Source: Candidatus Amesbacteria bacterium (GTDB lineage Bacteria; Patescibacteriota; Microgenomatia; CAZETR01; Amesbacteraceae). From it: DNA of 55,437 nucleotides. The stretch is from positions 1-55,437 of the forward strand of contig DAHXMV010000005.1 of the NCBI GenBank assembly GCA_027371535.1, given 5' to 3'. Positions 52,546 through 55,437 of the stretch are shown piece after piece (position 1 is the first letter of the stretch; the number at the start of each line of letters is the position of its first letter). The notes under the pieces are model-generated. The model had not been told where the DNA came from and searched no databases. It saw only the letters and a program-made list of their open reading frames with translations. The position numbers were made by a program, and so were the translations under genes.

Positions 52546-54003
52546 ATGATTGATGAACAGGTACAAAAATACAGTGAAGAATTAAAAAAACTGGGGATTG
52601 AGCACCGGGTGATGGAGCACCCGGATATGGTGGAAGCGGAAAAAGTACAGGCCTATTTAAATGACGATTTATCCGGCAGCTGCCCGACGCTGATTTTTAA
52701 AGCCGGGGACAATTTCGTAGCCCTGGTTAAAAGAGGCGATGTCAGGCTGGACAACGGAAAAATGAAAAAGGCGCTGGGGGTGACCAATCTGAGAATGGCC
52801 AATAAAGAGGAATTTGAAAATCTGACCGGGGTGCCGGTCGGGGCGGCCAGAGTTTTCAATTCCGGGCTGAAAACTTACCTGGATAAAAGCATATTTGAAA
52901 AGGAATATTTAAACGGCGGGACGGGGAGTTTTGAAGTAACATTTAAATATAAAACGGCGGATTTGAAAAAAATTCCGGGGGCGGCGGTAGTGGAAGTAAC
53001 GGACGGCGGGAAAGCGCGAATCTTTGCCGGGATGAGACCAACGGGAAGGCTCCATTTGGGAAATTATCTGGGGTCGGCCAAGGGGATGCTGGCATTACAA
53101 AATATGCCGGAATACGAGACCATTTTTATGGTAGTAGACCTGCACGGAATTACCACACCATACGACAGGGCGGGTTACCGGGAAAATATCAGACAGGTGA
53201 TGCTGGATTATTTAGCCATCGGGCTGGATCCGGAAAAGTCGATACTGACCGTCCAGTCCAGAGTCCCGGAACATATAGAACTGGCATATCTATTTTCGAC
53301 GGTGACCACAATAGCCAAAATGTCCCATTTACCGACGTTTAAGGAGAAAGTGAAACAGTATCCGGAGCATGTGACGATGGCCCTACTTAATTATCCGGTG
53401 CTGATGGCAGCGGATATCCTGGTTTATAAAGCGGAAAAGGTACCGGTGGGGATCGACCAGGAGCCGCATCTGGAAGTAGCCAGAGAAATTGCCAGGAGAA
53501 TGAATCAGGAATACGGAACGGATTTTCCGGCACCTACCAGATTTGCAACCAAAGGGGAATATGTGCCGTCGCTCTCCGGAGAAGGCAAGATGAGCAAGTC
53601 GGTGGAAGGCAGCTATATCAATCTGACCGATGACCTGAAAACCGTGACGGTAAAAATAGCCAGGATGCCGACGGATATGGGCGGGCCCGGGGAGGTACCC
53701 AAGGAGGGGCCGGTGGCAAATATTTTTAAATTTATGGAATTGTTTAAACCGGATAAACTGGAATATTATGCGGGGCTTTATGTCCAGGGAAAATTAAGGT
53801 ATGCGGAGATGAAGGATGATTTGGCCAGGGCTATTTTTGATGAGATCAGACCGATACAGGAGCGGAGAACGGAGATCGAAGCCAGATCCGGATATGCGGA
53901 AAAAGTGATTGAAGAAGGGGCGGTAAAAGCCCGTGACATAGCACAAATTACATTAAAAGAAGTTAGGGAGAAAATGGGATTAAATGGGATTTTGGGAACT
54001 TGA
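52546..54003 (+). CDS. trpS: Tryptophanyl-tRNA synthetase with an N-terminal YbaK/ProX-like (aminoacyl-tRNA deacylase) domain
   Basis: Residues ~1-165 follow the YbaK pattern (PTLIFKAGDNFVALVKRGDVRLDNGKMKKALGV..LRMA..EEFENLTGVPVGAA). The remainder is TrpRS with HIGH (RLHLGNY) and KMSKS. Confidence 0.8.
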   Translation: MIDEQVQKYSEELKKLGIEHRVMEHPDMVEAEKVQAYLNDDLSGSCPTLIFKAGDNFVALVKRGDVRLDNGKMKKALGVTNLRMANKEEFENLTGVPVGAARVFNSGLKTYLDKSIFEKEYLNGGTGSFEVTFKYKTADLKKIPGAAVVEVTDGGKARIFAGMRPTGRLHLGNYLGSAKGMLALQNMPEYETIFMVVDLHGITTPYDRAGYRENIRQVMLDYLAIGLDPEKSILTVQSRVPEHIELAYLFSTVTTIAKMSHLPTFKEKVKQYPEHVTMALLNYPVLMAADILVYKAEKVPVGIDQEPHLEVAREIARRMNQEYGTDFPAPTRFATKGEYVPSLSGEGKMSKSVEGSYINLTDDLKTVTVKIARMPTDMGGPGEVPKEGPVANIFKFMELFKPDKLEYYAGLYVQGKLRYAEMKDDLARAIFDEIRPIQERRTEIEARSGYAEKVIEEGAVKARDIAQITLKEVREKMGLNGILGT

Positions 54004-54009
54004 TTAAAG

Positions 54010-55437
54010 ATGGATGAACCGGTGGAACAATTGACTGTAGACCAAGTAAAAAATGCTTATCATAGTTTCAGAGTTGAGGTAAATTCGAAAGAGGGAGTAG
54101 TCCAAAGAGCGGCAAGTGCAGTCGGCAGCTTACGGCCGAGATCCAGTGAAGAGGAAATCAAAACACGGCAACAATCCCTGGATGAAAAGAAAGAGAGGAT
54201 AGATAATCAGCGGAGAATTTCCGGTTTACAATTAGGTCCATCAATACAAGTTTCGGATAGGAAAGTTTCAGAGCAACTGGATGCGGAAAAGTTCATTTTA
54301 TTCAGGTTATTAACCACCGGTGAATATAGGCGCCTAATAACACCGGCAGCTGCGGCCAAGGTTGTGGGTCTAAGATGGGCACGGGAAGTTTTTCCTGACG
54401 GGGTTAATGGTCCGAACTTACAGGTAAAAGATTTTGACGGAAATTTGTTACCGGAAGGGTTTATTCAGGAAGTAGGGAATAATCAAAACTTAAGAGACCA
54501 AACGGGCAGGAGGCGGGAATTTTACCTGCGGGTAGCCAAAGACCCAAAGTTATTTAAGTTGAGAGAGCAGGTATATAGGACGGAAATATTTCATTTAGAA
54601 CCGGAAGAATATGAGGATCTGGTGGCTGAAGCAGTACTAAAGAAAATTAGTGACCTCAGAAATAGGGATTTGGGTTACGGGGAGAATGAGGCTGCGAGCA
54701 AGGGACTGGAAATGGAAATATACAAAAAGGATAATTTGACTCAACCGGGAGTGAGAATAAACCTTGAAGCAATGCAGGAGTTAGGAGTACCGGTGACATA
54801 TGACGGATGTAGGGAATTGCCATTACCCTGGTCGGTATCCATGCGGGATCAGCTGAGAGCTTTGTATGAAATGATAAAAGCCGGGGTAATACCTGTTGAG
54901 TACAGCATAAATTTTCATCTGAATTTCGGAGGCGCGGATTGGCATGAAGGTTTGGAGGATGCATTTGTGCTGCAACAAATAATCGATGCTTCAGGGATGA
55001 TGAATGCTGCCTCTTTAAGACCTGTGAAGCTAAACAACGGATCTGACATAGGAATATATTTACAGGGTTATGGGGAAAAGGAATTAATTGAGAGAGTAGT
55101 GTCTCCCCGGGGACAACCGGTTAGGATACGGATGAACGGGGTCCTGGAATTGAGACATTTTCAACAAAGATGGGCAGATTCCCAGATTACAGTAATTAAT
55201 AGCGAATTGCCGGAAGAAGATAAGAATTGGGCATACAAGAGGGAATTATGGTCGATGTTCCGGGATCTGAATAACATCGGAGCAATGGTAGAAGCGGCTA
55301 CTGCCAGCATTAGACTAAAGACGGGGAAAAGTTCGGATCCGGAAAGAGACACAGAATTAGCTCGGGTATGGGAAATTGCTAAATTGAGAAATCTGGAACT
55401 GGCGGATAAATTTAAAATTGACGATGCAAAAGCTCTT
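54010..55437 (+). CDS. Large hypothetical protein, 3'-truncated by the window end (476 codons seen). The C-terminal half has glutamine-synthetase-like amidoligase-type motifs.
   Basis: Hand translation from ATG 54010 found no stop to the window end. Absent from the ORF track because it has no stop. Motifs: GLEMEI (E234, E236), INFHLNFGG (H303), LELRHF (E380, R382). Confidence 0.7.
   Translation, partial: MDEPVEQLTVDQVKNAYHSFRVEVNSKEGVVQRAASAVGSLRPRSSEEEIKTRQQSLDEKKERIDNQRRISGLQLGPSIQVSDRKVSEQLDAEKFILFRLLTTGEYRRLITPAAAAKVVGLRWAREVFPDGVNGPNLQVKDFDGNLLPEGFIQEVGNNQNLRDQTGRRREFYLRVAKDPKLFKLREQVYRTEIFHLEPEEYEDLVAEAVLKKISDLRNRDLGYGENEAASKGLEMEIYKKDNLTQPGVRINLEAMQELGVPVTYDGCRELPLPWSVSMRDQLRALYEMIKAGVIPVEYSINFHLNFGGADWHEGLEDAFVLQQIIDASGMMNAASLRPVKLNNGSDIGIYLQGYGEKELIERVVSPRGQPVRIRMNGVLELRHFQQRWADSQITVINSELPEEDKNWAYKRELWSMFRDLNNIGAMVEAATASIRLKTGKSSDPERDTELARVWEIAKLRNLELADKFKIDDAKAL

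Noticed and set aside
1-55437. CRISPR array, diversity-generating retroelement or retron.
   Set aside because: I saw no regularly spaced 25-40-nt direct repeats with unique spacers. No ORF has reverse-transcriptase motifs (YxDD context). The only repeat array, at 37.6-40.5 kb, has 350-1200-bp gene-containing units rather than spacers.

Overview
The window reads as a chromosomal segment of a small-genome CPR/Patescibacteria-like bacterium, probably Microgenomates-like. This is inferred from gene content only: archaeal-type TIM, split transketolase, 23S-IVS four-helix-bundle gene, GIY-YIG singletons, and secreted proteins ending in ILSTFKF. TGA is used as a stop codon, so the code is standard. 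No rRNA genes, CRISPR array or reverse transcriptase were seen.

Layout:
- 0.1-16.9 kb: a sugar-phosphate cluster (tpiA, rpiB, short pgk, gap, rpe, split transketolase, class I aldolase, PfkB kinase). It is interrupted by a four-helix-bundle cassette, a LOG-family gene, an antisense GT-C glycosyltransferase and three tandem paralogous secreted proteins.
- 16.9-24.4 kb: envelope genes (GT4, GT2, two tandem PBP1A), a decayed methyltransferase, and a small-membrane-protein plus HEPN-like pair.
- 24.5-28.8 kb: nrdR, B12-dependent nrdJ, NUDIX, and a PduO-type adenosyltransferase.
- 28.8-32.8 kb: a TraD/VirD4-like ATPase module.
- 32.8-36.0 kb: tRNA-Ile(UAU), Xer-type recombinase, secreted propeller-like protein, FtsB/DivIC, tRNA(CAU).
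- 36.1-49.6 kb: an accessory island.
- 49.7-55.4 kb: Gly-rich membrane protein, metal ABC transporter, a promoter plus attenuator, a GNAT-like ORF, a YbaK-TrpRS fusion, and a 476-codon open-ended ORF missing from the ORF track.

Best novelty candidates:
1. The 37.6-49.6 kb array. Seven same-orientation copies of a repeat resembling a tRNA 3' end separate mostly single-gene units. The array ends at a serine-recombinase element whose gene overlaps an atypical CAU tRNA antisense.
2. Inside that island, a nucleotidyltransferase plus proteasome-beta/HslV-like Ntn hydrolase plus 63-aa ORF operon. It is divergent from a zinc-ribbon plus His-rich membrane protein operon.
3. The attenuator / GNAT-like / YbaK::TrpRS / amidoligase-like gene string.
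4. An IVS-like cassette with inverted GTAAGA-type repeats between pgk and gap.

All family assignments come from motif recognition by eye and need HMM or structure confirmation.
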